64,000 bases of DNA, from the NCBI RefSeq assembly GCF_009914755.1, contig NC_060927.1, one strand, 5' to 3'. Below are positions 20,011-44,240 of this stretch, piece after piece; position 1 is the stretch's first letter, and every line of letters starts with the position of its first letter. The notes beneath the pieces are model-generated. The model worked only from the letters and a program-made list of their open reading frames with translations. It was not told where the DNA came from and made no database searches. Source of the DNA: the human T2T-CHM13v2.0 reference genome, Homo sapiens. Position numbers and translations under genes: made by a program.

Positions 20011-21196
20011 AAAACACAGAAGCAACTTGCAGCCTCATTAACTTTGCCATGATCAGATGAGGCATTCCAAGAGTTGAGGCCACAGCACAGATCGGGGAAA
20101 TGAGACAAGCCCCTGCAAGAGGGTGAGGGAGACTCAGGATCCACATGTGTCCTTGGGTGCTGCTTCCTGGGCCCCCCGAGAGGAACCATCACAGGGCCCT
20201 CGCTGCAGCACACGGGGAGCTGGGCCTGAGAAGGAGGACTTCATCCAGGGAGGCGAGTCCCATAGAATAGGAGCACACAGGAGAAGCACACTGGCCAAGG
20301 AGGTCTCTCTCCACCCCCTTGGAGTGCAGCAGAAATACCAGGGTCTCCCATCTGTGATGCAGGCCTGGCTCAAGGCCCAGCATGCCTTTGGGCAGGGGAC
20401 TTCAGCTCCAAGTCTCAGCCCTCCCCAAGTGCGTCACACTATGCAGTGGGGCCTGCCGGGAGGGTTAGCAACACTGAGGCTGGATGTGCTGGTGGTGTCT
20501 GATGTGTGGTGGATGCTCAGGAAACATGGTTTTCCTCCCCTCGGCACCAAAAGGAAAATGAAATTGATGAGCAGAGTCCTGTAGTCTTCTGAGGATCGTC
20601 CCTTCTACCTTTTCCCAGAGCCCCTTCCCTTTAGGGAGAAAACACTCAGAAAGACAAAACTGTGTCTGCTCCAGAACATCCCATCACATCCCGGACCAGA
20701 GCCGCTTCACTGGAGCAGCGGTGCTTTTGCTTATAAGGAACATTCCCAGCCTGCTCAGCATCGGGCCAACCACCGAGCTGGAAACAGCAGTGACTCGGCC
20801 TTTGCCACCTCCAGGCAGACCTCTGCCCTGTGCCTGTTTCCTCTTTGTAACCTAGGGTTGAGAACTCCCAGGACGAGCATGAAGATGAAATGAGATAATA
20901 TAGATGAAAGGGCCTTGCACACAGCAAGTTACTTGCTATTACAGCATTATTATTGATCCATTTGGTTACAGGACACATCTCCCCTCCACTGTCGCCTGTG
21001 GGCACAGACCGATGTCCCAGTGGAGGGAAGATTAAATGGTCATAGTAACACTTACATAGCAGGGCACAGCTTCAAGTGCTGGGCTTAATTGATTCTCACA
21101 ACAACTGCACGCAGAAGTTACTGGTGTGATCCCCACTTTCAGGTGAGGAAAATGAGGCACAGGGAGATCAAGCCACTGACACGGTTTAAACTTCCT

Positions 21197-23199
<2,003 letters not shown>

Positions 23200-24183
23200 C
23201 TACATACAAATGGCTTCACTGAGACCAGAAATCAGAGGAAGCACTGAGGAGCAGAGGCAGCGGTCCTGCTTGCAGGGTCTTAGGTCTATTGTCCCATTAC
23301 TCCTGACAAGGTAGTTGCTATGAGTCCCCCCACTCCAAAGATGGAAAAGCTGAGGCACACAGAGGGTAAGTCATCTGCCAAAGGTCATTGAGCCAGGAGG
23401 TTGGCCAGGGAGATCTCTGCTCACCGAGTTGGGACTGAGGAGTGGCAAGGGGGAGAGTAGTGTTTAGGGAGACCCACTGCGTGCCTGCCACCAGGCTAAG
23501 TGCCCTCTGCACTAAGCTACTCTCATCCTCGAGCAATATTAAGAGGCTGGCATCGTGCACCCAATTTTAGAGATGAAGAAGCAGGGCCTCCGGGACCAGA
23601 AGCCTCAGCTCACACAGGATTGAGTGCAGAGCTAAGGCTAGAGCCTGTCTGCCTGGCTGCAGGGCCTAACCCCTGGAGAGAGAAGACAACATCACCCTGC
23701 TGGTGCTGTCCTCTCAGCCCCCTCCATGCCCTGGGCACTGGGGCCGGATGCCCAGCAGGGGGTGGTGGCCTTGGCCCTGGGCAGACATTCTAGAAAGCCA
23801 GCAGTTCATTAGGTCCCCTGCTCCAAAACACAAGGGCCATGCTTGAGACTCATGGGTGAGGGCAGGGGTCTGCTGCTTCTTCCAACCCCCACAACCAAGA
23901 TGGGCAGGGTGGACACTGGTGTTTCTCAGGCTCCTGTGAGTGCCCAGCCCTTGCCATACCAACCGGTGACAGATGTTGCTGTCCCAGCTGCTTCTCCACG
24001 CCTGGTGCAGCCCTCCAGAGAGCTTTGTCAGGCCTACATGGTGATTCAAACACATCTGAGTCAACATGTAAATATCAAAGGATTGCACTTTTTAAAATCC
24101 AAATTTCACATTTCTCTAGGAAAAAAGTAGATCTGCCAGCCCTAGGCCCATACTCTCACAGATCCCCAGTCAGCTAGTGCTGA

Positions 24184-24540
<357 letters not shown>

Positions 24541-25486
24541 CTACTGTTTTCATTTTTAAGGGCCCTTATGCTGTTGGTCTGCTTGTGGTGGAGGCATAGT
24601 CCTTGGTACCCATGTCTCCATCAAAAATTGGAAAATAGAAAATAAATTGAAGGGCCTCAAGTCTTATTCTGTGGACATGCAGAATGTTCACGTGCAGTCC
24701 ATCTGCAGACGCCTGTCCTGTTCACTATGTGCAGCACCGCTGGGCCAAAGCTCCCTCTCAATGTGGTAACGGCTGCGCACTGCTCCTCCCCAGGGGGGTA
24801 ATGTTCAGCCAGGTATTTAAGAATGGCACCTCCGCAGTCCACCCCCCCAACACAGCAGGGGCCCCAGGAGGCTTGGCGTCTGCGATCTCAGGTCTCAGGG
24901 CCCTCAGCCCTGCTCCCCAGGCCGTGCACACAGGGCTGCCTGGGTTTGAGGGTGCTCTTCCGTGGGCTCCATGCTTGTGGCGTGCATCTGCCCCAAGGCA
25001 GGCCGAGCCTGGGGCTGGGTCCTCTCTACCAAGCCCCTGGCACTTCCCGAAAGGGCTGCAGATAATGCAGCGAAGATGGCTGTCAGCGATAAGGACGATG
25101 ATGACACCGACAAACGGCACTGCCCAGAAGCTTCCCGAAAGTGATCTGAGATGCATCTTCTGATCTGTGAACCTCCACAAATGAGAGTCCCCTACTTTCA
25201 GTTTGGGCCTCACATAATCGCTGCCAGAAACTATTAAAAATATATTTTATAAACTATCCCCCTTGCCCTGTTCATTTATTTCTGGAAATCTAGTCTTAGA
25301 AAGTCATTAAAAAAAAAAAAACAGATAAAGGGAGGGGAAGAAAAAAGAAAAAGTTATGTTCATGAAAATGTCCACTGGGCAAGGACACACCCAAATGATC
25401 ATGGTGGGAATGCGGTTTTGTGGGGAAATGTTTTGTTTGTTCATTTTGGTTTTGTTATTTTTAAAACTTTCTGCAATGTTATATCA

Positions 25487-28182
<2,696 letters not shown>

Positions 28183-29699
28183 TAAAAATAAAGAAAAGAA
28201 TGAGGCAGAAAAACATAACCAATATACGCAATCTCCAAAATAACAGGTGAAGCCCAGGTACCACAGGCTGAATGGCTGTGCACTCTGGTCCTGTCTATGG
28301 AAGAATTCACACAGCCTTGGATCTCAGCCCACAGGTGCGCAGGACCCCAGGAAAGCTTGCAAAATGGCTGTGGGGGCAGGGGGAGCATCTCATTAAAGGG
28401 ACAAGAAAAAGCCATCATCGGGGTGGAGAATGATTTAAATGGCCTTGGGGAATTGCCGCAAGCTCTGTATCCCTCATAGCCTTACCACAAGGACAGGAGT
28501 CCTGGGTTTCTCAGGCCTCCTGATTTCAAAAGTTCCCTCCCCAACTCTTGTTGATACCCTCAGCCAGCTGGGGGTCCCAAAGTGGGCTTGAAAAATGTTT
28601 AGACGAGGGCCTTGTCCTCCCCTACCCTCTGCCCAAGAGGGACAGCGCTGTTATCCCAGATTCAGGCCCTGGAGCCCATCCCCACTGGCTGGGCAGTCTG
28701 AGTTTGGCTTGGGCCAGCAGAGCCCCCGGGTGCTCCAGCCCAACTTTGGCCATGCTGCCTAAGAGCGTCTTGCTAAACAGACGGCCTGGAGTCCTAGACC
28801 CTTGTGGGAACTGGAGCCTGTGCCAGCCTGGGGGCCCGGATCTCCTTCCTCCCAGTGCGGGGCCTAATCACTCATGGTCAGCAGGAGGCCTGCAGAGGGA
28901 GAGACGAGATTGGCCCTCCAATCCCTGCCTCTGGGAAAGGTGGCTGGGGCCAGGTTCTGGAGAAAGGACCTGGAGCTTCCAGGAAAGTTTAGGAAGCAGA
29001 GGGGGACCCCTTGCCCTGCCAATTCAGACCACTCTCACGAGTTGGGGCCAGAATAATTAAGCGGCTTCCTCTGGCGCCTACTCTGAGGGGTCGGTAATGA
29101 TGTCCAGCACTGTGATGAGGAGGATTCTGAGGCACCGTCCATGATTGAAGGAAGGAGCTCCTTGGAGATGTTGCCACCTTCGCCACAGTAGAGGACGGGT
29201 AGTGTGCAGATGTCTGCCACCCTGGAGGTAGGGTCTCTCCTTCCCCCAAGTTCTATGCATGATCTCAAGTATTGAGGGGTGGGGAGGTGTTATCAGGAGA
29301 ATGATTCATAGTATTGCTCTCATTACGGTACAGCTCCCAGTCATGGAGCACCCACTTTCAGCCAGGCACTTCATAGATGCTGCCCTGTAGTAATCCTGAA
29401 ATGCTAAGAGAATCGGCAAGGGCACGCATCTTGCCGATCTCTGAACATTTGCTTAATGGGGGCTGGGCATCATGATCCCATTTTACAGCTGGAACAACTG
29501 AGACTCCAAGCACCTGCCAAGGCCCCACGCTGGTAGGAGTGGGCCCCAAACCTGGGTGCCCTCTCGAAGGTACCCTCAAAGCCAGGGCCTGGCCTCCCGC
29601 TGCCTCTCCTAAGCCCCCACTCCAGGCCTGAGCTCCCCTGCTGATGGGGGGCAGGGGACACGCCATCTGTCTGCAGAGGCAGGGGTGCCACTGGGGGGG

Positions 29700-30100
29700 A
29701 CATGCCACCCCCACAGGCAGTGGACGGGGCCTCCCTGCATCCGTTACTTGCCCCCTGCCCAGACTCTGCCCACCGCACAGCAGTGATAGATAGTTTGTGA
29801 AATACCCTGAGCTTGCGGTTGACCAGAATTCTGAAATAATTCCATTGAGACCGGAATTCATGCAATGTTCTGTATCCTGATGTGGTAAAGCAGGCTGCCC
29901 GCGGGGGCGCAAGGGGATGTGAAGGCCTGGGGATGGTGAGGCAGCCTCCAGGCCCTGCAGCAGGGGCTTCTGCCACCCCCCCTCGCCCACGGGCTCCGGA
30001 AGGCCCATCTGACAGGAGCAGGGCCCTGATAAGCACCACCTGACCAGGAGGCCCCCGGCAGAGAGATTAATGCACAAATTGTCAACAACCTCCCCATGCT
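29700..30100. promoter_or_regulatory. Probable core of the GATA2 distal haematopoietic enhancer (G2DHE; human -110 kb, mouse -77 kb)
   Basis: Non-repetitive segment ~16 kb past the RPN1 3' end. Motifs: MYB CCGTTA 29741, RUNX ACCGCA 29772, overlapping GATA TGATAGATAG 29784-29793, CEBP-like TTGTGAAAT 29795, RUNX/MYB TGCGGTTG 29814, ETS CCGGAA 29851 and 29996, CEBP-like TTCATGCAAT 29857, RUNX TGTGGT 29881, E-box/MEIS CATCTGACAG 30006, GATA TGATAAG 30027. The identity is inferred from the known locus layout. Confidence 0.75.
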
Positions 30101-31374
30101 GTACCCCCGCAGAGGAGCAGGGCGGGGGGGCACTGGGAAAGGAAGGACAGAGGAGGCCTCACCCGGAGAGAGGCAAAAGGACAGCTCAGCCCGGCCTTGC
30201 CCTGCGGCCTCAGCCTGGCTGCCCCACCTGCGCCAGCCGGGCTCTGGACACCTGGAGGGGGAAGAGGCCAAGGTGTGAAGGCAGGCTTGTATCATGGGCC
30301 AGTCTGATGCCCAGGCAGGTCCTGGCTGTGCAGGAGGGTGGGAGGGAGCTGCTGCCTGCTGAGCCTCCTCAGCCTGGAAGCTCCCCAAAGCCAGAGCTGA
30401 CTCCAAACCTCCTGGCCCAGAACCCTGCGCTCCAGTCCCTGGCCCTGCCAGCCCCCAAGGTGGCTTCCCTGGAGGAAGACACGTGTTTCTCCTTGGCGAG
30501 CACTTCTCTCAGTGCTGCAGAGTGTCCCTGTGTTTCTGCAGCCAGGCAGGACTGGACTTGGCAGAGCACAGCAGGACTGCAGGAGGAGGCTGGGGGTTGC
30601 TCTGGGGTCATCATATTCAGGACCACACATGGTCGACAGGCTCAGGCCAGTGAAGTTCCCTCTCCTCATGGGACAACCAGAAGCTCAGGGGCAGCCTGGT
30701 GGGTTTTCTATAAAGCAAAATGCAGCCATTGAAAGGGCTGTCCTGGGTTCTGCCATTAGGAACTTCCTATTTCTTAGGTGGGGGAAACTTTTCTCTAAAG
30801 CAATGAGGGTACCAGCAAATCAGAGACATAAACTGAGGGCCACTGGCATACGGAGCTTGCTGCATGGGTTACCAGGTTTTTATTTTCTTTAAGTCCATTC
30901 TTTCAGGCTGTATTTCCAGCTTTGCTTTGGAAGCTCTGGCCACTCTGAGCCCACATTCCTTCGTGGCCCTATGCCTGGAGCTGAGCAGGGGCCACCCTGA
31001 AACAGGCCCACCCACTTCCCACCCCTGCTCCTCTCTGCAGTGAACAGAACAGTGAGGATCCAGAGTGTGAACCCCATGGACCGGGAGGAGTATGTGTCCC
31101 ACAGGACAGCACTGGGGTTCACGCTTCTGCAGAGTCCCCAGCCTGGGGTCCGTCTCAATCATTCTCCCACCTCTGCTGGGAAACTCAGCTGCTGCAGTCA
31201 CTTGTCATGGACTATTTTCATGCAGGTCCATCTTCCTCATTAGGTTGCCAAGGACATGGGACACAGGCTTAGGGGCCCCGGGGTTCAGGGACAAGGAGTG
31301 AGGTGAGGCTGCACAGACCTGAGTGCTCAGTTGAACCCTCTGAACCTTTTCAAGAGATCTGGAAAATTCTACTG

Positions 31375-33595
<2,221 letters not shown>

Positions 33596-33869
33596 TGGAA
33601 GCGTGGAAGTTGTGCCCTACTGAGAGTGTGTATGAGAAGCACCTGAGAACCACAGCTAATGAACTGCCCACAGGCTGTGAGGAGTTTGCACCGGTCCTCA
33701 TTGCCTTGCTCAGGGTCAGCCCAGGAGAGGGGCCGCCCCACCCAACGCTGCCACACAGGCTGGGAAAAGCCATGGCTCTCCAACGGGCATCCACACTCCC
33801 GGCTAAGCAAAGGCTCTGCAAAGCTGGGGCCAGACAGCCACTCAGTGTCTGCTGTTTCCTCTGGCCCTG

Positions 33870-34630
33870 AATCGCAGGCCGCGCTGGATGGCTCTGGTGC
33901 CAAAGGGTGGCCTCTGAACAGGAACCTCGGCCTGGGAATGTCCCTGGGACCCCACAGGACCTGACCCGGAGCCACCACTAGAAGCCGGAGCTCCCAGGCC
34001 AGGGCTGCGGGAATGGCCCCGGGTCCTCTGCCCAGGGCCTGCAGGTGCTCCAGGTCAGCGGGCGACTTTGGCCGCTGCAGAGACCGAGATACGCGGGGTA
34101 ACAGCCCGTTCCGGAGCCGGTCATCAGGCGCCAAGCCCCGCTGGGCTCCTCGCAGCCGCGGGACCTTTCTCCGCCCTTCCCGAGGCTGAGTTTCCTGAAC
34201 GGGAAGCTGCCGGCCCGCGGGGCAGCCGGGAGCAGCCAGGGCGTGAGGACGTGGGTTCCCGTCACCCCCGGCTTGGAACAGCAGCGCCGCAACAACCGCT
34301 GGCGTTCATCGAGCCTCTCAGCAGCCCTGCGAGGCGATCCCGGGGAGAATCCCACGCCACAGCCGAGGAAACTGAGGCAGGCAGGGTGACACACAGCCCA
34401 GTAGTGGCGGGCGGGCGCCCAGGCTGCCACCGCGCTGAGGACCGGCCCCTCTGCCAGCCGGGAGGTGCGCGTGGCCTAGGCGGGGGCGCCCTCTGGCGGC
34501 CGCGGGTTCCAATCCCTGCCGGCCTCGCAGGCGTGGGGCAGGACAGCCGCGCTCTCGCCAGGGCCCAGAGCCCCACTTTGCCAAGGAGCTGTCGCTGGAG
34601 CGGTGACTTTGTTCAGGGCCGAGAACCGGA
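33870..34630. promoter_or_regulatory. Intergenic CpG island with a CTCF motif
   Basis: Visibly high GC and CpG density with no recognisable coding exon. CCGCCAGAGGGCGC on the minus strand at 34486-34499. Confidence 0.8.
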
Positions 34631-34686
34631 GGAGGAGGCCAGACTTGCTGCTGGGCAGCTGGCACATGGGACATGGGGTGTTATGA

Positions 34687-35900
<1,214 letters not shown>

Positions 35901-36376
35901 TAAATCAAATACAATTTACATCAAATAAAGTGATCCAGTTCTGACCAGAGAGAATGGTCAGCAGAGAGTCTGGCATTCTAGACAGGGTTCCATTTCCATT
36001 GAAGAGGTTTCTGTGTTACAAGCAAGTGAACTGGTGGGACACTGCCTGGTTTTCTCCTGAATCCCACCCCACTGCGGCACAGATCTCACTCCCCATACCC
36101 CAGCAGCACCTCCTCCCAATCCCCAGCCTCTCCACTGCAACATGAAGCATGGAAGAAAGATGAAGGTGTGTGTGTCACTCGCTGTAGAGTGCTGAGAGAC
36201 GCAGGGAAGACAGAGGCATAGGTGTCCGTAATTGGGGTGCAGGTGGTGAGACACGGGGAAGATGGTGGTGTGGGTGTCCATCTCTGCTGTGAGGTAGAGG
36301 GCAGACCCCATGTAGATCTAGGGTCATGAGTTAGCCTTGATATATAAGTGGTGACTTACATGACAACTGAAACCAG

Positions 36377-36735
36377 TGCCATGGTCTGAATGCATTTATC
36401 CCCCCAAAATGTACCTGTTGATGTCCTAATTCCATAGTGATGGTATCAGGATGTGGGGCCTTTTGGGGGTGACTAGGCCATGAAGGAGGAGTGCTCATAA
36501 TTGGGCTCCAAGCCCTGATAGCAGAGCACTGGCTCGGCACGCCAACTTCTGCCTGCGAGGACACAGTGAGGACACCGGCAGGCTGCATCCCGGAAGACAG
36601 CCCTCTGCAGAGCCCGCCCCTGCTGCCACTCTCATCTTGGAGTTACCACCCTCCTGAACTGTGAAAAAGGAATGTGTGTTGTTCTAAGTACCCCGATTGT
36701 TGTTATTTGTTATCACAACCTGAACAGACTAAGAC
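36377..36735 (+). mobile_element. MaLR solo LTR (MLT1A/MST-like)
   Basis: tgccatggtctgaatg...ccccaaaat at the start and gaacagactaagaca at the end. Confidence 0.75.
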
Positions 36736-37509
36736 AGGCAGCATGAGCATGTGCTCTTGATCGACATGGACACAGATAAATGAAAACCCACCACACATTC
36801 CCCAGGGTGTACACACACCTGTCCCCATGCGTCTCACACAAGATGCGCTGGAGGTAGGAAAGGGGAGGGAAATTGGGGCTGGGAAGCAGGAAGACGCAGC
36901 GAGCCCAGAGGGCACGGTGCCCTGATCTGATGAAAAAGATAAAAATAGAACGAACTAGAATCAAATGCCCCGCATAGGGCCCGGCCAATTCTAACCCTCA
37001 AGCCCCCCACACCCAGCTGTGGACCCTGGGACAGCCACTGTGTTATCTGCGCCTCTGCCTGTCCACTGGGGGCCCTGCGGGCAGGACTGCTGTGTTGCCT
37101 CTGTGCCTGGCCCATGGATGTCTGACTATGGGTCTCTGTAAACACGGGGGCAATGTCCCCAGTCCCTCAGAGCAGCCACACCAGATGGGCCTTCCAGACT
37201 GGCTCTGTCAAGACCTGAAATTCCCAAGTCCTTAAAAGGCTGCAAATCCTCCCCCCACCCCACAAAGACAACACACAAATAAATCATAACTGCTGTGTCC
37301 TAAGCACATCGTGTGTGCCTGGATTTTACACACATATTTGTCATCTTCACAACGTAAGTAATATTTGGTCCATTCTTTGAATGGGGAAACAGGCAGAAAG
37401 AACTTAAATGACTTGCCTCAAAGTTACCCAGCTGGCACAAGCAGGGTTCAGGTCCAGCTAGGCCTGATCCCACCTTCTGCCCTCTTCTGACAGCCCCAGG
37501 CTGCCTCCC

Positions 37510-37650
37510 ACCACACACAACACACACACACATGCATGCACACACACATGCACTTGCACAGCCACATGACATGTGCAAGGACACACACATATACATATAC
37601 ACAGACACACACATGCATACACAGAGACACACAGACACACACACACACAC
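37510..37650. repeat. Degenerate (CA)n tract
   Basis: Seen directly. Confidence 0.9.
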
Positions 37651-38173
37651 GGGTCACAGCCCAAAATAACACCTTCCTGGAGCTAACGCCTCTCCTTCCC
37701 CCTCACCCCGAGTGTGTATGGATTCCTCCAGCCCAAGCCTCCCTCCCCAAATCACCCCTCTCTAGCCCTGTCAGATTCAGAAGGATCTCCTCCTCAGGTC
37801 AGCCTCCATCTCTGACAAATCCCCCCACCCCATCCTCTGGTCCTGCTCCCCCAGGGCTCCCAGCACCTGGCCCAGTGGACCAGCTGCAGGCCACACCTCT
37901 CTACTGGTGGAGAGGGAAACCCTGGGCTCTCGGGTAGAGCTGCGGGTGCTGGTGGTGGGTGGCCATGCCTTCGTCCATGTCCATCCAACATGCACTCCCT
38001 GTGTGCCTGGACCCCACTCCCTCTCCTCCAGGCCTTTGTGCCATGCACAAGCTCCAGGCCTGGGGCCCCATCCTGATGGAGAGAAGTGGTCAGGAAAGTG
38101 GGCAGGCCTCAGGGCTTCAAGCCAGGCCCCAAGAGGCAGAGGGGAGAGTGACAGGACCTGGAGCTGAGACTTA

Positions 38174-41396
<3,223 letters not shown>

Positions 41397-41786
41397 TGAA
41401 GATATTTGTTGAATGAATGGATGTGCTGCCTCTGTTTAAACTCTGCTGAAATAGAGCACCCAGTGTAGGGAGGCAAACAGTCCATTCCACTTCAGAAAGC
41501 AGTGTCCAGTAGTGTAAGGTAGGGACATCTCAGCCCACCTGGAGAATAGGGAAGGCTGCCCAGGAGGCGAAGCTTGAACAGGTCTTTGCTGATCTCCTCA
41601 GTGCTAATGAAGGCACAGTCTCTCAGGGCTCTCCCATGAGATCACTGCCTTAAGCCCTCAATCCCACCCAATCCTGCTCTACTGGGATCTATTCACTGGC
41701 CCCTTCTCTCCTGGATCTTCAGCCTTTATGTCCCTGTTACCTCCTTCCTTCCCATCAGCATTTGAACAGGCTCCTGTCCTTCCCAC

Positions 41787-42140
41787 TGCTACAGACTGAA
41801 TGTCTGCATCCCCCCAGAATTCTTATGTTGAAACCTAACCCCCAATGTGAAGCATTAGAGGGTGGCACCTTTGTGAGGTGATTAGGCCATGAGGGTAGAG
41901 CCTTCATGAATGGACATTAGTGCCCTTATAAGATACATCCGAGAGTTCCCTCATCTCTGCCACCATGTGAGGACACGAGAAGGTGCTATCTTTGAACCAA
42001 GCAGCAGGACCTCTCAACACCAAATCTGCCGGTGCCTTGATCTTGGACTTCCCAGCCTCCAGAACTGTAAGAAGCAAATTTCTATTTATAGCTACCCAGT
42101 CTATGGTATTTTGTTATAGCAGCCTTAACAGACTGAGACA
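41787..42140 (+). mobile_element. MaLR solo LTR (MLT1A0-like)
   Basis: tgctacagactgaatgt...tatgttgaaacctaacccccaatgtg...ttggacttcccagcctccagaactgt...gactgagaca. Confidence 0.82.
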
Positions 42141-43529
42141 CTCGTCTTAAATCTTTCTGGATTCTATCCCCTGAGTGGAAGTCAAAAAAGGAGTCTGGGC
42201 TCCTCCCTCCCCACCAACCCCCACAAGCAAATCCTTCAGATGCTGCGATGGACCCTCCTGATGGCCCTACCTTCTGACTTGCCTTTCCTGATGCCCAGCA
42301 CTTCTGCTGTCTGCTCCCTTCTGTGTCCCCTGCATTTAGTCCTGGGCCTGTCACACCACATATGGAACTAAGGGCCTGATGGAAGCTGAGACCCTAAAGG
42401 GCTGGGCTGGGGGCACCATGAAGGGGTTGGCCATGGTAGGGGACAGGCTGCATCATTCAGCTTTCGCTTCAGGTCTAGCCCAGTTTGAAGGTTCTCTCTT
42501 CCCTCCCTGTCATCTCCCACACCTGCCCAGGCAGGTGACAAAGCAGTCCCCAGATCCCAGGCCACCAGCCCCAGAACCAGGCCAGAGTCCCAGAGTCAGG
42601 CCCAGCTTCAAAATGGCGCCAGGCCTCATCCAAAGCATCAGGCCTTTGCAGAGGGCCCTGGGGTACACTCGGGGGCATTTCCTGTCTGAGCCTGCGGCCC
42701 CCAACCGCTGGCAGCATGGGCTTCCGGCGGGGCTGCGGCCGGGGCCTGCACTATCAGCTCGGCACCAGACGCCCGGTCAGGATACTTGTGGTGAAACTGT
42801 GAGGGCGCACTGGGTCCTTTGGGGTTTTCTCCCATGACAGCCTCCAAGACAAATGGAAGAGAGAAAGTGACACCCAGCCCTTCTTCAGCCGTGTTTTCCC
42901 CTCCCTGAGCCAGGGTCCAGGTTCAAGGCTGGGGGACTGCCATGAGGCCACCTATGACTACAGGGACATCCCAAAGCTGCAGCCATGGAAGCAGCCAGGG
43001 CCAGGCCACTAGGGTCAGGCATCTTGGCCAAGGCTGGACAAAAGGCACTGTGGCCTGGGGATCTGAATGGGAGTGGGAGTGGGTGGGCCACTCCTATACG
43101 GCCACATGAGGGCCACAGAGAAAGTACGCTGGATCTGAGACTGAGAAGTGTCAGGTGTCTGGGGCATGTCACCTTGCGCCAAGGGATGCCCAGCCTGAAC
43201 CTGGCTTTACACCTAGGGCCCCACTTCACCTCCTCCCTGAGATTTACAAGGGGGAAACTGAGGCCCTGTTTACTACTGGGGAAACCGAGGATCAGGGAAG
43301 CGCAGGGCTGCGCGTGGCGTAGGGCGCTCTGTCCCAGCAACCAACGGATGTAAGCCCGTAGGTGGGGAGGGCAGCACCGGATGCCCCACTGGGCCCAGGG
43401 ATGCACCCACCACAGGATGCTGGGGGAGCCACCGGCCTTGGCCAGCCCAGCTAGCCCTGTGGCTTTCCAGGGCAGCTGAGAGCCCAGGTCCCCATGGCTA
43501 AGCCCCTCAGCAGCCCAGTGGTCCTGAGC

Positions 43530-44240
43530 CCGCCGACCCCAGACCCAGTCCTAGTCCGGCCAGAGGAGGCCGTTTACGAGCCCACACCCGTAGGTGGCGC
43601 CACAGCCGGAGAATTGGCTTTGGTTCTGTTGGAGCCGCGCTGCCTTTAAATTAGCCCCACGCATGCGCGACTTTTCTAGCCCGAGCCCGCCGTCTGCGCC
43701 TGCGATTTCGCCCATACTCCCCGGTGCCCGCCTCGTGACGTGCCGCAGTGTTACGAAGGGACACCAGGGCGCAGGCGCAGCTCGCTCCTCAGGCCTGCGA
43801 GAGGCCCGCCGGCCCAGCAGAGGGCGCCCACCAATCTGCACGCGGGCCCAGCGAGTTATCTTGATTTCGGCCAAGCTTTCTGACTGCTCCAAAAAACGAA
43901 GAAAAAGATTCAGGGAGAGTAAGAGGATGAAGAGAGCTGGTGAAGCAGCTGACCAAATGGCCCGAGGTGGTATGCAGCCGCGGTAAAGCAGGGCCCCTCC
44001 GTGAGGCACAGCCGCCCGGGGGTTCCCTAGGGGAAGCAGGGGCTGCGGCAGACGCCTCTCGGGCAGGTCAGGGTATGCACCCTCCCGCAGGGGCTCCCAA
44101 GGCCGGGCGTGCGTGAGGCCAGGTCCACGGGCACACCACTGTGAACACTGATTAAACGTGGCCTCCACGGCTTCCAACCCCCAGGACAGGACCAACCCAC
44201 TGCCCCCGGCTCAGGCCAGAGCTCGGCGAGACCGTCGCTG
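43530..44240. promoter_or_regulatory. CpG island with promoter-type and CTCF motifs, downstream of RPN1
   Basis: CpG-dense. NRF1-like CGCATGCGCG 43660, CCAAT boxes 43613 (reverse) and 43831, CRE-like GTGACGTG 43735, CTCF CCAGCAGAGGGCGC 43814-43827 (+). Confidence 0.8.

Noticed and set aside
25088-25114. gataaggacgatgatgacaccgacaaa encodes DKDDDDTDK, resembling a FLAG tag
   Set aside because: It is not DYKDDDDK and there is no vector sequence nearby; a coincidence.
29358-30732. Overlapping 180-240 aa ORFs over the enhancer
   Set aside because: GC-rich chance ORFs on both strands, with no recognisable domain or splice structure.
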